From NCBI GenBank assembly GCA_017407285.1, contig JAFQWW010000040.1, positions 1 to 47,681 of the forward strand: 47,681 nt of DNA. The letters are read 5' to 3'. The notes below the pieces were generated by a model, which did not search any database, was not told the DNA's origin, and worked only from the letters and a program-made list of their open reading frames with translations. The position numbers were made by a program, and so were the translations under genes. The DNA is from Clostridia bacterium (GTDB lineage Bacteria; Bacillota; Clostridia; Christensenellales; RUG350). Positions 10,207 through 20,175 of this stretch are shown here, in pieces; the first letter of the stretch is position 1; each line of letters opens with the position of its first letter.

Positions 10207-11523
10207 TTATAATTTTTTAGCAAGAGTTATATAACTATCCATCAAATCTTCAGAATCTTCGGGATAAAGTTTTGCGCTTGCGTACTTTGATTCGTACAAA
10301 TGAGGCAAATAACATTCTTTAGGCGGTATATAGAAGGTAGATTGGTTAGCCAAGGTTATAAAGAAACAAATGTTATCTTTAAGCGCTTCTCTTATACGCT
10401 TTCCAAACTGGGTAAACACCTCGCCTGCAAAAGCAAAAATTATCACCTCTCCAATTTTGAAAACTTGTTGGTATACGGTAAAGAACTTCGTTGCGCTCAT
10501 TGCAAATCTATACGCGCTTCGAGCAGTTAGTGCGTTGAATAATTCAACGGGTGCGCCCGCGTCTAATTTTACACCGTAAGGAATTTTCACCTTGTTCATC
10601 TCGACGTAACTTTCTTGAACCTCGTCTTTTTCGGGAACTCGCGTTTTATATATTCTGGTATCAGAAATCGAGGATATATCCCCTTCAATCTCTTTCAAAC
10701 CGTCTAATGCAGAGGTAATTCTCTCGTAAACCTTGTTGCCCATCATAACGTAATGATCGGGTGCATCTTTTTCAGACTTTACGTTGAAATGATTCATATT
10801 GCCTGCCGTTCCACTAAAATACATAGAGATAAAATCTTGACCAAATCTCTCCTTCATTTTTTTAGCAACGATGCAAGAATAATCTCCGCAAATCTCCGTA
10901 CCGTCAACGCAGTCTTGATGACAAGCAAAACTATACATCAAACCTATATTTTTGCCTCCCTCTCCCTCGAAAAACAATACGGGAACGGAATAATCGGGTT
11001 CACCGAAAGGCTCGACTATATCGGGATTAAGTCTACCGGGATTGGTGCGAACTATACCGCTTTTCAAAACGTAGTTTCTAACGTAAGATATTCCTTCAAC
11101 CATTGTTTGAGCAAACTTAATTTTTGCATTCTCTCGACGCATAAACGCAAGCGCTATAACGTCGCATACTGCGTTCACCAACCAATCAAGATAGGTCTTA
11201 TCTAATTCGTCGTCCGCGCCTTCAAATTGTCCTACGTAACTTGGTCCACCCGTATGACAATGAGTTACCGTTACCATAATATCGTTTTTATCAACACCCG
11301 TGAGTTTGTGAGCGCGGTCTCTTACCTTATCATAGAAGTCCGTATTAAAGCACGCAGCGTCAATAGCCGTTAAAATAACGGTTTTTCCGTCTTTTTCTAT
11401 TGCAACCGCTTTAGCGTAAGTTCTCTCTTTAACCTCGCTAACTTGACGAAGGTTATAGTACCCTCTAATAGAACAACCTAAATGTGGGGTTATTTCTTTC
11501 TCGTACATACCGACCTTAAACAT
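10207..11523 (-). CDS. Neutral/alkaline ceramidase-like metallo-amidohydrolase, unknown substrate
   Basis: EITP..G....GY, THCHTGGP, FACHQD, GTAGN, GEVF motifs typical of ceramidase-like proteins. Confidence 0.7.
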   Translation of the reverse strand: MFKVGMYEKEITPHLGCSIRGYYNLRQVSEVKERTYAKAVAIEKDGKTVILTAIDAACFNTDFYDKVRDRAHKLTGVDKNDIMVTVTHCHTGGPSYVGQFEGADDELDKTYLDWLVNAVCDVIALAFMRRENAKIKFAQTMVEGISYVRNYVLKSGIVRTNPGRLNPDIVEPFGEPDYSVPVLFFEGEGGKNIGLMYSFACHQDCVDGTEICGDYSCIVAKKMKERFGQDFISMYFSGTAGNMNHFNVKSEKDAPDHYVMMGNKVYERITSALDGLKEIEGDISSISDTRIYKTRVPEKDEVQESYVEMNKVKIPYGVKLDAGAPVELFNALTARSAYRFAMSATKFFTVYQQVFKIGEVIIFAFAGEVFTQFGKRIREALKDNICFFITLANQSTFYIPPKECYLPHLYESKYASAKLYPEDSEDLMDSYITLAKKL

Positions 11524-11538
11524 ACTCGTATCTCCTAG

Positions 11539-12990
11539 TTAAAAATTTAAGTTATCAATAAATATTTTATCAAATTCTTCTTCAATTGACAAGTCGTAGA
11601 CGACTGAGTTATCTAAAATGCTCTTCACGATCAAAGGATTGTCATCTAAAAGACAAGCGCCCTTTAGCGCGCTATTTCCCACGCTAACGCATCTACCGTG
11701 AAATTCTTTTGGGAAGGTATTCGTGATAAACAAGTCCTCAACGGATAGATACTTGCCTAATCCACCTGCAATATATACCTTTTCAATAGAGGAAAAACTA
11801 ATCCCAGCTTTAGACGTTAGTACTCTCAACGCGCTCAAGATAGCGGATTTAGCAAGTTGGAATTCTCTAACGTCGCTTTGATTTATATAAACCTCGGGTG
11901 TTAGGTAAAATTTTCCCTCTTTTACACCACGACCTTTATCGCAAATCTTACCAGTTTTATCGATAATTTTGTCAACTAATAGTTTTGACAATAAAGAGAT
12001 CAAACCAGTAGCACACAGTCCAACAGGAGATTTATCGGATATCGTTTTACCAATATAAAACTCCCCAATTCTCTCAACTCGATTTATAGCACCGTCAACG
12101 TAACTTGTTCCGCACGAAATTTTACCACATTCAAACGCAGGACCTGCCGACGTAGACGTAAAGAAATATTTATCTTTGACTTTTAATACGATTTCTCCGT
12201 TAGTACCTAAATCTATTAAAACCGCGCACTCGTCACAATATAATTTGGTGGCTATTATACCCGACAACACGTCGCTACCAATGTACGCGCTAACACAAGG
12301 TAAAACGACTACTTTATCAACCTCTAAACCAAAAAACTCACCTTTATACTCTCGTCTATCTAAAAACACGGGGGTAAAGGGATATACGCCTATATTAGAC
12401 GGATCTGTGCCTACGAAAATATGCGTCATAACAGTGTTTCCGCATACTCTCAGTAGATTTATTCGTAATCCACTAATCTTATCTTTTAACTCAAAAACCA
12501 CTCTTTTTATCGTATTAAGCAAAACAGTTTGAAGCTTTTTTAAACCGCCACCTTTACAATAAGATATCCTACTTAACACGTCGGCGCCCGCAAAAGATTG
12601 AGGATTGGAAAGATTGACACTCGCTATCTCCTCGTTATCGCGATTCAACAAAGAAAAAGCTAGCGTCGTAGTACCAATATCAAGAGAAAGAGTAGCGTAA
12701 TCTTTATACTCGTCGACTACAAAATCAAAATCAACGAAATCGTTTTTATATAACTCTATCTCAATATCCCCTTTAGGTTTAGTCTTACAAAGTAAAATAT
12801 CTCCATTTGAGTCGGTTTGTTGAAAGTCAGACGACTGAATAAGTTTAGCACGACACTTTCCACACACTCCACGTCCACCGCAAGGCGCACGAAAATAGTA
12901 CCCACTTTCGACTAAACTCTCAAGAAGGCTTTTGTTTGGATCTATTTCAACCTCGAAACTATGGTCTTTGTAATTAACCTTAGCGATCAT
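11539..12990 (-). CDS. ASKHA ATPase with N-terminal 2Fe-2S domain: reductive activator of corrinoid proteins (RACo/RamA, DUF4445)
   Basis: CGGRGVCGKC, DIGTTT, GADVLSRI, DLGTNGE, SAGPAFE, QLAKSAI, GNSAL.GA. Confidence 0.88.
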   Translation of the reverse strand: MIAKVNYKDHSFEVEIDPNKSLLESLVESGYYFRAPCGGRGVCGKCRAKLIQSSDFQQTDSNGDILLCKTKPKGDIEIELYKNDFVDFDFVVDEYKDYATLSLDIGTTTLAFSLLNRDNEEIASVNLSNPQSFAGADVLSRISYCKGGGLKKLQTVLLNTIKRVVFELKDKISGLRINLLRVCGNTVMTHIFVGTDPSNIGVYPFTPVFLDRREYKGEFFGLEVDKVVVLPCVSAYIGSDVLSGIIATKLYCDECAVLIDLGTNGEIVLKVKDKYFFTSTSAGPAFECGKISCGTSYVDGAINRVERIGEFYIGKTISDKSPVGLCATGLISLLSKLLVDKIIDKTGKICDKGRGVKEGKFYLTPEVYINQSDVREFQLAKSAILSALRVLTSKAGISFSSIEKVYIAGGLGKYLSVEDLFITNTFPKEFHGRCVSVGNSALKGACLLDDNPLIVKSILDNSVVYDLSIEEEFDKIFIDNLNF

Positions 12991-13058
12991 ATCAGTATTA
13001 TATTTTTAGACGTTTTTCATAATACATATTAAAAATTTTGATATAAAATATCGAATTT

Positions 13059-14915
13059 TTAATCTAAAGCCTCATTTGCCTCTTTGTAGTTCATATCGTT
13101 TAGAGACTTCAACTCATAGAATTTTCCGCGCTTTGCCATCAATTCATCATACGTTCCAACCTCAACACATTCCCCTTCTTGCATAACGACTATACGATCC
13201 GCATCTCTTATCGTAGACAATCTATGCGCAACTATAAAGGTCGTTCTGCCTTTTATCAAATGCGATATCGCTTTTTGAACGTGGAACTCGGATATGTTGT
13301 CAAGAGCGGACGTCGCTTCATCAAGAATAAGAATACGAGGATTTCTAATAAGCGCACGAGCAATAGTTACCCTTTGTTTTTGTCCACCGGATAATTTGCC
13401 ACCGTGTTCGCCTACGTCGGAATCAATTCCTTTGGGTAATTCTTTCAAAAATTCTTCAATATTTGCCATTTTAACTACATTTTCAAGTTCTTCTTCCGAA
13501 TACCCTGCTATTCCGTAGGTTATATTATCTCTTATACTACCTGAGAACAATATACTGTTTTGCGGTACTACGGATATATTTTGACGATACTCACTCAAAG
13601 GCAAATCACTCAAACATTTATCATCAACGTATACCTTTCCACTTTCAGGTTTCAAAAATCCGATAATAAGGTTCATAATGGTAGATTTACCAGAACCACT
13701 TGCGCCAACCACGGCTATACACTCGCCCTGCTTAACGTCTAGCGAGAAATTTTTAATAACGTAATCTTTTGCATTAGGATATTTATAAGAAACGTTTTCA
13801 AAACGAACTCGTCCTTCAACCTCAAATCTATCTCCAGATATACTACTTTCTATGTCTTGCGACAACATAATTTCCGACACGGATTTCAATGATTCTGCTC
13901 CCGTAATAACGGTGGGCAAGCAGTTTATAATACCCAATACCGAACCGTTAATGCTTGCAAAGAGGGACTGAAACAAGACGATGTCACCTGCGGTTATAAT
14001 ACCTTGCAAACACATATACGTACAAAATATCAAACAAAGGGCAGCAAAAATACTGTTAATTACCCAAACCCAAGAGCCAAAAACAGCAGTTGCGTGATCG
14101 GCAGCTAAACCTTTTCTCGTAACCATGTTGATGTTGTGCTCGAGTTTGTTCAATTCTTTATTTTCAAGTCCGTGCGCCTTAGTAACCGGAATCATCTCAA
14201 GCATGGTGTTGAGTTTTGCGGACAAATTCTCGTTTTCCACCCTAAGTTCGTGTGAATTTCGAGACAAACGCTTTCTAAACAACATAGTTATCAAAACGTT
14301 TACAGGAATAATAAGCAAGAAGAATAAGGTTACCCACCAACTTCTATATAGCGCAATTCCTAATGAAATTAACACGCCCAATATTGCAGGCAAAAAGCTA
14401 TAGAGCATGGTTCTATTAAAATTGTCTATAGCATCCATATCTTTCAAAAACTTCGACTGTATTCGCCCAGTTTCCATTTCTTTGTGATAGGTAATGGAGA
14501 GTTTTTGAAGTTTACGAACGACTACGCGTTTTAGCCCCGCACCCGTTCGTCTGATCATCGTGTCGCCTATTTTGTTGTGCCAAATTGTAGTCGGGACGTT
14601 TTCTAGATAAACTACCACTATCACTACAGCGTAGATCAATAATGTAAAAATGGTCGTATTAGTAAACGGTTTAGTCGCTAAATTTATAACCTCTGCAGTT
14701 AGTAGAGGTACGACGTAAACAGGTAATGTTTTCAAAATCTCGGTCAAGAAATACATAAAAAAGTTTTTCGCATTTCCGCGCACGAGTTTACCTAAAATAC
14801 CTTTGGTTTTACCTTCTTTTTGAACTTCGTCTTTGAACAAAAACTCATAATCAGGTATTACGTTTTCGTTACGAGCATATACTTTTGCTTTCGTTTTTTT
14901 CTCTTGTCGTTCCAT
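13059..14915 (-). CDS. ABC exporter, fused permease/ATP-binding (MsbA-like type)
   Basis: N-terminal TM domain; GASGSGKST, LSGGQKQR, ILDEATSALD, AHRLST. Confidence 0.93.
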   Translation of the reverse strand: MERQEKKTKAKVYARNENVIPDYEFLFKDEVQKEGKTKGILGKLVRGNAKNFFMYFLTEILKTLPVYVVPLLTAEVINLATKPFTNTTIFTLLIYAVVIVVVYLENVPTTIWHNKIGDTMIRRTGAGLKRVVVRKLQKLSITYHKEMETGRIQSKFLKDMDAIDNFNRTMLYSFLPAILGVLISLGIALYRSWWVTLFFLLIIPVNVLITMLFRKRLSRNSHELRVENENLSAKLNTMLEMIPVTKAHGLENKELNKLEHNINMVTRKGLAADHATAVFGSWVWVINSIFAALCLIFCTYMCLQGIITAGDIVLFQSLFASINGSVLGIINCLPTVITGAESLKSVSEIMLSQDIESSISGDRFEVEGRVRFENVSYKYPNAKDYVIKNFSLDVKQGECIAVVGASGSGKSTIMNLIIGFLKPESGKVYVDDKCLSDLPLSEYRQNISVVPQNSILFSGSIRDNITYGIAGYSEEELENVVKMANIEEFLKELPKGIDSDVGEHGGKLSGGQKQRVTIARALIRNPRILILDEATSALDNISEFHVQKAISHLIKGRTTFIVAHRLSTIRDADRIVVMQEGECVEVGTYDELMAKRGKFYELKSLNDMNYKEANEALD

Positions 14916-14926
14916 AACTAAACCTT

Positions 14927-15445
14927 TTAAGCTTTTCGAACAATAATGTTTTCCTTCTCTATCTTGTGTACCTTAATCTTCTCGCCACGTTGAATAAAAA
15001 ATCCGTCCGTTAAAACGGTATAAACCGATCCACATAGTTTTGCAGTGCCTACGGGACGTAAAGTGGATAAAGTTACGCCCTCCACACCAACCAAATGCGA
15101 ATATCTCTTGTCCGTTTCTTCGCTTGACTCATCTCTAACGTCAGGAGAATACTTGATCCATTTATATCTAACGCTTCTCACCATAATGATAAAGGAAAAC
15201 AACATAATAACGGACACGACGAAAATCATGCAGAATATAACGCTAAATAATTGCTCCCCTTCTTTTAGAGAAAATGCTCGCAAAACAATACTAGACACGA
15301 CTAGTATTGCTCCCACTACACCTAGCGCCTTACCACCCGGTTGAAATATCTCGCAAACTATAGCGATAACACCGGCTAAAAGCAGTAGTGCTACGAAAAA
15401 ATCCATGTTTGCAAAGGTTAAATAAAACTGATTAAAAATCTCCAT
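14927..15445 (-). CDS. NfeD-like membrane protein (short form, C-terminal OB fold)
   Basis: 3 TMs with E.F.PG motif; L.G..G...S.LRP.G.A, V.TDG.FI..G..I.V. Confidence 0.8.
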   Translation of the reverse strand: MEIFNQFYLTFANMDFFVALLLLAGVIAIVCEIFQPGGKALGVVGAILVVSSIVLRAFSLKEGEQLFSVIFCMIFVVSVIMLFSFIIMVRSVRYKWIKYSPDVRDESSEETDKRYSHLVGVEGVTLSTLRPVGTAKLCGSVYTVLTDGFFIQRGEKIKVHKIEKENIIVRKA

Positions 15446-15594
15446 TTTTCACCATTAAAAATCTATTTCAAAAGTACAAAAAACAGTGCGTTTTTTGCTC
15501 TTTTGCATATATTATCACGGCGCAAAATTATTTGCAATACGTTTTTTAATTTTTTTAGTAACTTTTTTAAATTTTTTACCATAATATATCTATT

Positions 15595-16629
15595 ATGAAA
15601 ACTATTATACTTTGCGGTGGCGGTACCGCAGGACACATTATTCCAAACCTTGCACTATATCACGAGTTAAAAGACTACTTTTCGAACGTTATCTATCTTG
15701 GCGAAAAAAATTCCATGGAAGAAAAGATGGCAAGAGATGCCGGCATAGAATTTTTACCTATAAATTCCGTAAAGTTTGATCGCACAAATTATCTTAAAAA
15801 CTTTTCCGTAATATGCAAACTAAAAAAATACGTCAACGAGTGTTGCAGTATACTAAAATCAACTTGTGCCGACGTGGTTTTTTCCAAAGGCGGATACGTA
15901 TCCCTCCCCGTAACTTTGAGTGCAAAAAAACTAAATATACCCTACTGTATTCACGAGTCAGACCTAACTATGGGGCTTGCAAATAAAATTGTTGCAAACA
16001 AAGCAAGCGTCGTGTTTACGAATTTTGAGAAAACCTATCACGGCAAAAAACATAGACCTATCGGGATACCAATGCGCCGTGATCTTTTTTGCAATATTTC
16101 TCAAAAAGACTTATTGAGGGAGTATTCTCTACCTAATCGTAAAACCATACTTATAACGGGTGGAAGCTTAGGCGCACAAAAAATTAACGACGTAATTAGT
16201 CTTGTTTATCGCGATTTAACTAAAAAATATAACGTAATCCACCTAACAGGCAAAGGAAAATCTACGAAAAATTGTGCCCATGGATATAAACAACTTGAAT
16301 TTAGCAAAGAAATGGGAAAATTGTATAAAATGGCGGATTTAACGATATCTAGAGCGGGTGCGACCACGATAGCCGAACTTTGTGCGCTAAATAAAAAAGC
16401 AATTTTAATTCCCCTATCAAAATCTGCATCTCGAGGAGATCAAATTAAAAACGCTATCGAGGTTTCAAATTCGCAAAATTTCGAAGTTATATTTGAGGAA
16501 AATTTAACTCCTCAATCTTTATTAAACGCCGTCGATAAAATGATGGATAAAGAAATAACGAGAAGGATTGAATACAAAAATCCGAGTTTAGAGATCGCAG
16601 AAGTACTGTACGAACTTACGCTAAAATAG
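15595..16629 (+). CDS. murG: Undecaprenyl-PP-MurNAc-pentapeptide GlcNAc transferase
   Basis: GGGTAGHI.PN, KGGYVS, HESD, GGSLGA, SRAGA.T..E, RGDQ..NA. Confidence 0.93.
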   Translation: MKTIILCGGGTAGHIIPNLALYHELKDYFSNVIYLGEKNSMEEKMARDAGIEFLPINSVKFDRTNYLKNFSVICKLKKYVNECCSILKSTCADVVFSKGGYVSLPVTLSAKKLNIPYCIHESDLTMGLANKIVANKASVVFTNFEKTYHGKKHRPIGIPMRRDLFCNISQKDLLREYSLPNRKTILITGGSLGAQKINDVISLVYRDLTKKYNVIHLTGKGKSTKNCAHGYKQLEFSKEMGKLYKMADLTISRAGATTIAELCALNKKAILIPLSKSASRGDQIKNAIEVSNSQNFEVIFEENLTPQSLLNAVDKMMDKEITRRIEYKNPSLEIAEVLYELTLK

Positions 16630-16687
16630 TCGAAAGATTTTTTTTCACCACAAGATATAGAATTTTGCAAAAATTTTCATCTTCTTC

Positions 16688-16721
16688 TTGGTTTTTTTGT
16701 TTTTTTGTGATATAATCACAA
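16688..16721 (+). promoter_or_regulatory. Sigma-A promoter of dnaD-dnaC with overlapping palindrome
   Basis: TTGGTT-17-TATAAT (16711-16716) with TG extension; TTGTGA-N5-TCACAA at 16705-16721. Confidence 0.65.
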
Positions 16722-16755
16722 GTCCATTCCACAATGGATTTAGAAGGAGAAAAAT

Positions 16756-18201
16756 ATGTCTTTTTGCAGATTTACAAACGAATATCTTATAGATAATTAC
16801 ACTTTCATTGATAATCTTTTTATCAGTGAATATTTGCCGTATGCACCTGAAAATGCAGTACGAGTTTACGTATTCGGTTTGTTTCTCTGCTCTAATCCCA
16901 TTAGTCGTGACAATTCCCTCGACTCAATGTCTGCATCCTTAAATTTACCTATCGATGACATTGTCAATTCTTTCGAATATTGGGCAGAACAAGGTTTGGT
17001 TACCATAACCTCGAAAGCACCTCTTGAAGTTAGATATTTACCCGTTAAAACTTCGATTGCTCCGCCTAAGAAATTTAAGCCTGAAAAATATTCTGATTTC
17101 AACGTTGCTCTCCAACAGCTCTTCCCTACTCGTATGATTACACCTAACGAGTACAACGAGTATTATAACGTAATAGAGAGTCGTCATATACAACCCGAAG
17201 CCATGCTTATGATTATACAATACTGCGTAAATCTCAAAGGCGTAGATATTAGATTCCCTTACATAATTGCAGTTGCTAAAGATTGGGCAAATAGCGGAAT
17301 TAAAACTTGCGCAGACGTTGAGGAGAAGTTGAAAGAATACGAATCTACCTCGGATAGCATTAAAACCATTCTTGCAACTCTAGGCAAGAAAAACACGGGC
17401 GATCTTGAAGATAGAGAATATTACCTTAAATGGACTAAAAGTTGGGGCTTTGATTTTGCTTCTATTTTATTTGCAGCAAAACAGTGCAAAAATAAAGGTG
17501 GAATGAAAAAACTCGACAGTTTACTTGACAAATATTACAAACTCAACCTTTACACCATAAAGGAAATGGAAGAATACAAGGCTCATCGCGACACCTTATA
17601 TTCTATTGCAAAAGACGTTTCTAAAACTATTGGATTATATTACGAATCGTACGACTATATCGTCGAGAGCTATATCTCTCCTTGGGTTCAACGAGGATTT
17701 GATAAAGATTCTATCGTAACAGTCGCTCAATACTGTTTTAGGCGAAATATTAGAACCATCGAGGGCGTAAATCACGCTATTAATAAGTTTTACAAACTTG
17801 GACTCGTATCCGTTGATAGCATAAATAGGTACATAGATCACTTACTCGAAAACGACAATATTATTGCTAGGATATTGGAAAAAGCAGGTTGTGCTCGTAC
17901 GGTATTGAGCGCAGACCGTGATTACTACAACACTTGGTCAACCATTTGGGGATTTAGTGACGAGATGATTGAGTACGCCGCAACGCTTGCAGTCAACACC
18001 TCTCTTCCCCTATCTTACATAAATAAAGTTTTATCTAGATGGAACTCAGAAAAGATAACGACTTTAGAAGAGGCTAAAAAATCATCACAAAACGTTAAGA
18101 GTGAAACACAAACTCAAAAAGATTATATAACGAGAAATTATTCCAATGAAGAACTCGATGCCTTCTTCAACGACGACGGCTTCGATACCACGGAGATATA
18201 A
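16756..18201 (+). CDS. DnaD/DnaB-domain replication protein
   Basis: NLFI.EYLP.AP, repeated DnaB_2 motifs (YI..V..DW...GI.T; YINKVL.RW....I.T), paired with DnaC-like ATPase. Confidence 0.85.
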   Translation: MSFCRFTNEYLIDNYTFIDNLFISEYLPYAPENAVRVYVFGLFLCSNPISRDNSLDSMSASLNLPIDDIVNSFEYWAEQGLVTITSKAPLEVRYLPVKTSIAPPKKFKPEKYSDFNVALQQLFPTRMITPNEYNEYYNVIESRHIQPEAMLMIIQYCVNLKGVDIRFPYIIAVAKDWANSGIKTCADVEEKLKEYESTSDSIKTILATLGKKNTGDLEDREYYLKWTKSWGFDFASILFAAKQCKNKGGMKKLDSLLDKYYKLNLYTIKEMEEYKAHRDTLYSIAKDVSKTIGLYYESYDYIVESYISPWVQRGFDKDSIVTVAQYCFRRNIRTIEGVNHAINKFYKLGLVSVDSINRYIDHLLENDNIIARILEKAGCARTVLSADRDYYNTWSTIWGFSDEMIEYAATLAVNTSLPLSYINKVLSRWNSEKITTLEEAKKSSQNVKSETQTQKDYITRNYSNEELDAFFNDDGFDTTEI

Positions 18202-19145
18202 TGAGAAGAGATATTATAAAAAAAATCCTTGCAGAATACAAGGAATATAAGATGGGTGAAACCATAATAGCGGAAGAAAGATATAATAACGCGCTAAAAA
18301 ACCCCGACTTTGCTCTAGCCGAGGAAAACCTCAAGAAACTCTCCTTTACTCTTGCAAAACAAGAAGCGTACGGTATTGATTCCACAGAGACTAAAAAAGA
18401 AATCGCAAAGACAAAGAAATTAGCTCAAAACGCTTTAAAAGCGATGAATCTAAAGGAAAGCGACTTCACGCCTAAATACCGTTGTAAAAACTGTAAAGAC
18501 ACTGGATACGACGAAAATGGCAAACTCTGTAAATGCGTTAAACAAAAACTTATCGAGCATTTAAAATCCAAGTGCGGAATGTCAGGTGCTCTCGATTTTC
18601 GCTTTTCCGAGAATACTTGTGATGCTTTTAGTGGTACAAAACAAGAAAAAAGTATGGTTGGACTATACAAAACCATGCAACTCTTTTGCGAGAAATTTCC
18701 AAACACTAAGTATAGAAACATTCTCCTATCCGGTCCTACGGGTGTTGGTAAAAGTTATTTGATTAGTGCCGTTGCTAACGATTTAATGGAAAAAGGTTTC
18801 TCCGTTTTATACGTTACAGCGTTTGAATTTAACGATTTGGTTTTAAAGTACCACACTACCCCGATAAACGAGAGAAACGAATATATGGACGACTTGTTGT
18901 CTGCAGATCTTCTCATTATTGACGATCTAGGAACGGAACCTATGAGAAAAAACGTAAGTATAGACTATCTATATTCCACAATTTCTTATAGAATGGAACA
19001 TAATTTACATACCATCTTCTCTACAAACCTTGATGCAAATAATTTAATGAGCAGATATGGAGAAAGAGTCTTTTCCAGACTCTTCCACAAAAAATACACT
19101 TATGCAAAACGCATAGTTGGTGATGATTTAAGATTAAAAAAGTAA
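18201..19145 (+). CDS. DnaC/DnaI-like helicase loader ATPase
   Basis: Zn motif Y.CKNCKDTGY...C.C, Walker A GPTGVGKS, LLIIDDLGTE, STNL, ERVFSRL. Confidence 0.88.
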   Translation: MRRDIIKKILAEYKEYKMGETIIAEERYNNALKNPDFALAEENLKKLSFTLAKQEAYGIDSTETKKEIAKTKKLAQNALKAMNLKESDFTPKYRCKNCKDTGYDENGKLCKCVKQKLIEHLKSKCGMSGALDFRFSENTCDAFSGTKQEKSMVGLYKTMQLFCEKFPNTKYRNILLSGPTGVGKSYLISAVANDLMEKGFSVLYVTAFEFNDLVLKYHTTPINERNEYMDDLLSADLLIIDDLGTEPMRKNVSIDYLYSTISYRMEHNLHTIFSTNLDANNLMSRYGERVFSRLFHKKYTYAKRIVGDDLRLKK

Positions 19146-20036
19146 TTACAATTTCAATAATTTGAATAAATATGGCGCTAAGAGTACGGCACTGCCTACG
19201 ACGAGCGCCATTATTATTATAACGCCTATCGTCTCAAGTGGTAAAACGAGAGATGACAATAAAAACACGACACCAGCGCAAGCCAAACCAACTAAAAATC
19301 TAAGTATCCTCTTCCACCAAACTTTTGCATCTTCAAACTTTATAAATCTTTCCTCAATCGGCGCGCACACACAATAACCTAATCCTGCACCAACAAGACC
19401 GAATATTTTGGTGTCGCCGAAAAATATTGATAAAATTCCAAAAACAAGCGTGATAATACCTGCAAGCATAAATCTTTTTGAATAAAACTTTTGATAAAGC
19501 CAACCTATTCCCCAACACACCAAACTTGCAATCATAAAACCAACCAAAGTATCACTTGGATAATGAACGCCCAAATAGATTCTAGATATTGCAAGCAACA
19601 AGGTAAATGCAATTTAGGAAATAATCAACCACCTAACTCTAAAATAACTTGCAATTCCCATATAAAGCGTTCCAGCGTTAGTGACGTGTCCGCTTGGAAA
19701 AGAATAAGAAGTGGGCTTAAAATTAGTATCAACTAGTAAATTATCTACCTTAACGTGTCTAATCTCTCCGTTTCGTAAAGCATCCGAAAAAATAGGACGT
19801 GGACGTTTTACAATGTTTTTCAAAGTAAAACTAAAGCACGACGACGTGAACACACAAAATAGTAGGTATTCACCAAGTTTTCTATTGAAACACCAGTATA
19901 TCACGAATAACGTGATTATGACTATTGCCGTTTCGCCAAAGAAAGAGAGTCCCAACATAAAGTTGTCGACTATTGCGCCCCACAATGTATTGGGGCTGGC
20001 AACGCTTTGAACGGCTTGAATAATTCCTATCTCCAT
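19146..20036 (-). pseudogene. PAP2-family phosphatase interrupted by one in-frame TAA (19614-19616)
   Basis: ORFs 19614..20051 (K....RPRP, SFPSGH) and 19146..19601 (SRIYLGVHYPSD) share a frame: ...ATT TCC TAA ATT GCA TTT ACC TTG...; likely start ATG 20036 after AGGAGA. Confidence 0.8.
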
Positions 20037-20059
20037 ACTGTCTCCTATCATTTTTCTTA

Positions 20060-20088
20060 ATTATAACCTTAATATACGCTAGTGTCAA
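20060..20088 (-). promoter_or_regulatory. Consensus sigma-A promoter of PAP2 gene
   Basis: Minus strand TTGACA (20088-20083) - 17 nt - TATAAT (20065-20060). Confidence 0.8.
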
Positions 20089-20128
20089 ACCTAAAATTTC
20101 AAATTTTATCAAAAAAAGTCGTTTAGTA

Positions 20129-20157
20129 TTGCAATTAAAGTTGATTTGGAGTATAAT
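20129..20157 (+). promoter_or_regulatory. Sigma-A promoter of ade
   Basis: TTGCAA-17-TATAAT. Confidence 0.7.
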
Positions 20158-20175
20158 TACGTCGAGGTGACGACT

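Noticed and set aside
10047-15445. Possible genomic island integrated at tRNA-Thr
   Set aside because: No integrase, no duplicated tRNA 3' end noticed, no evident compositional shift
19614-19616. Stop-codon recoding or alternative genetic code explaining the split PAP2
   Set aside because: The codon is TAA, which ends most genes in the window; no other gene has an internal stop
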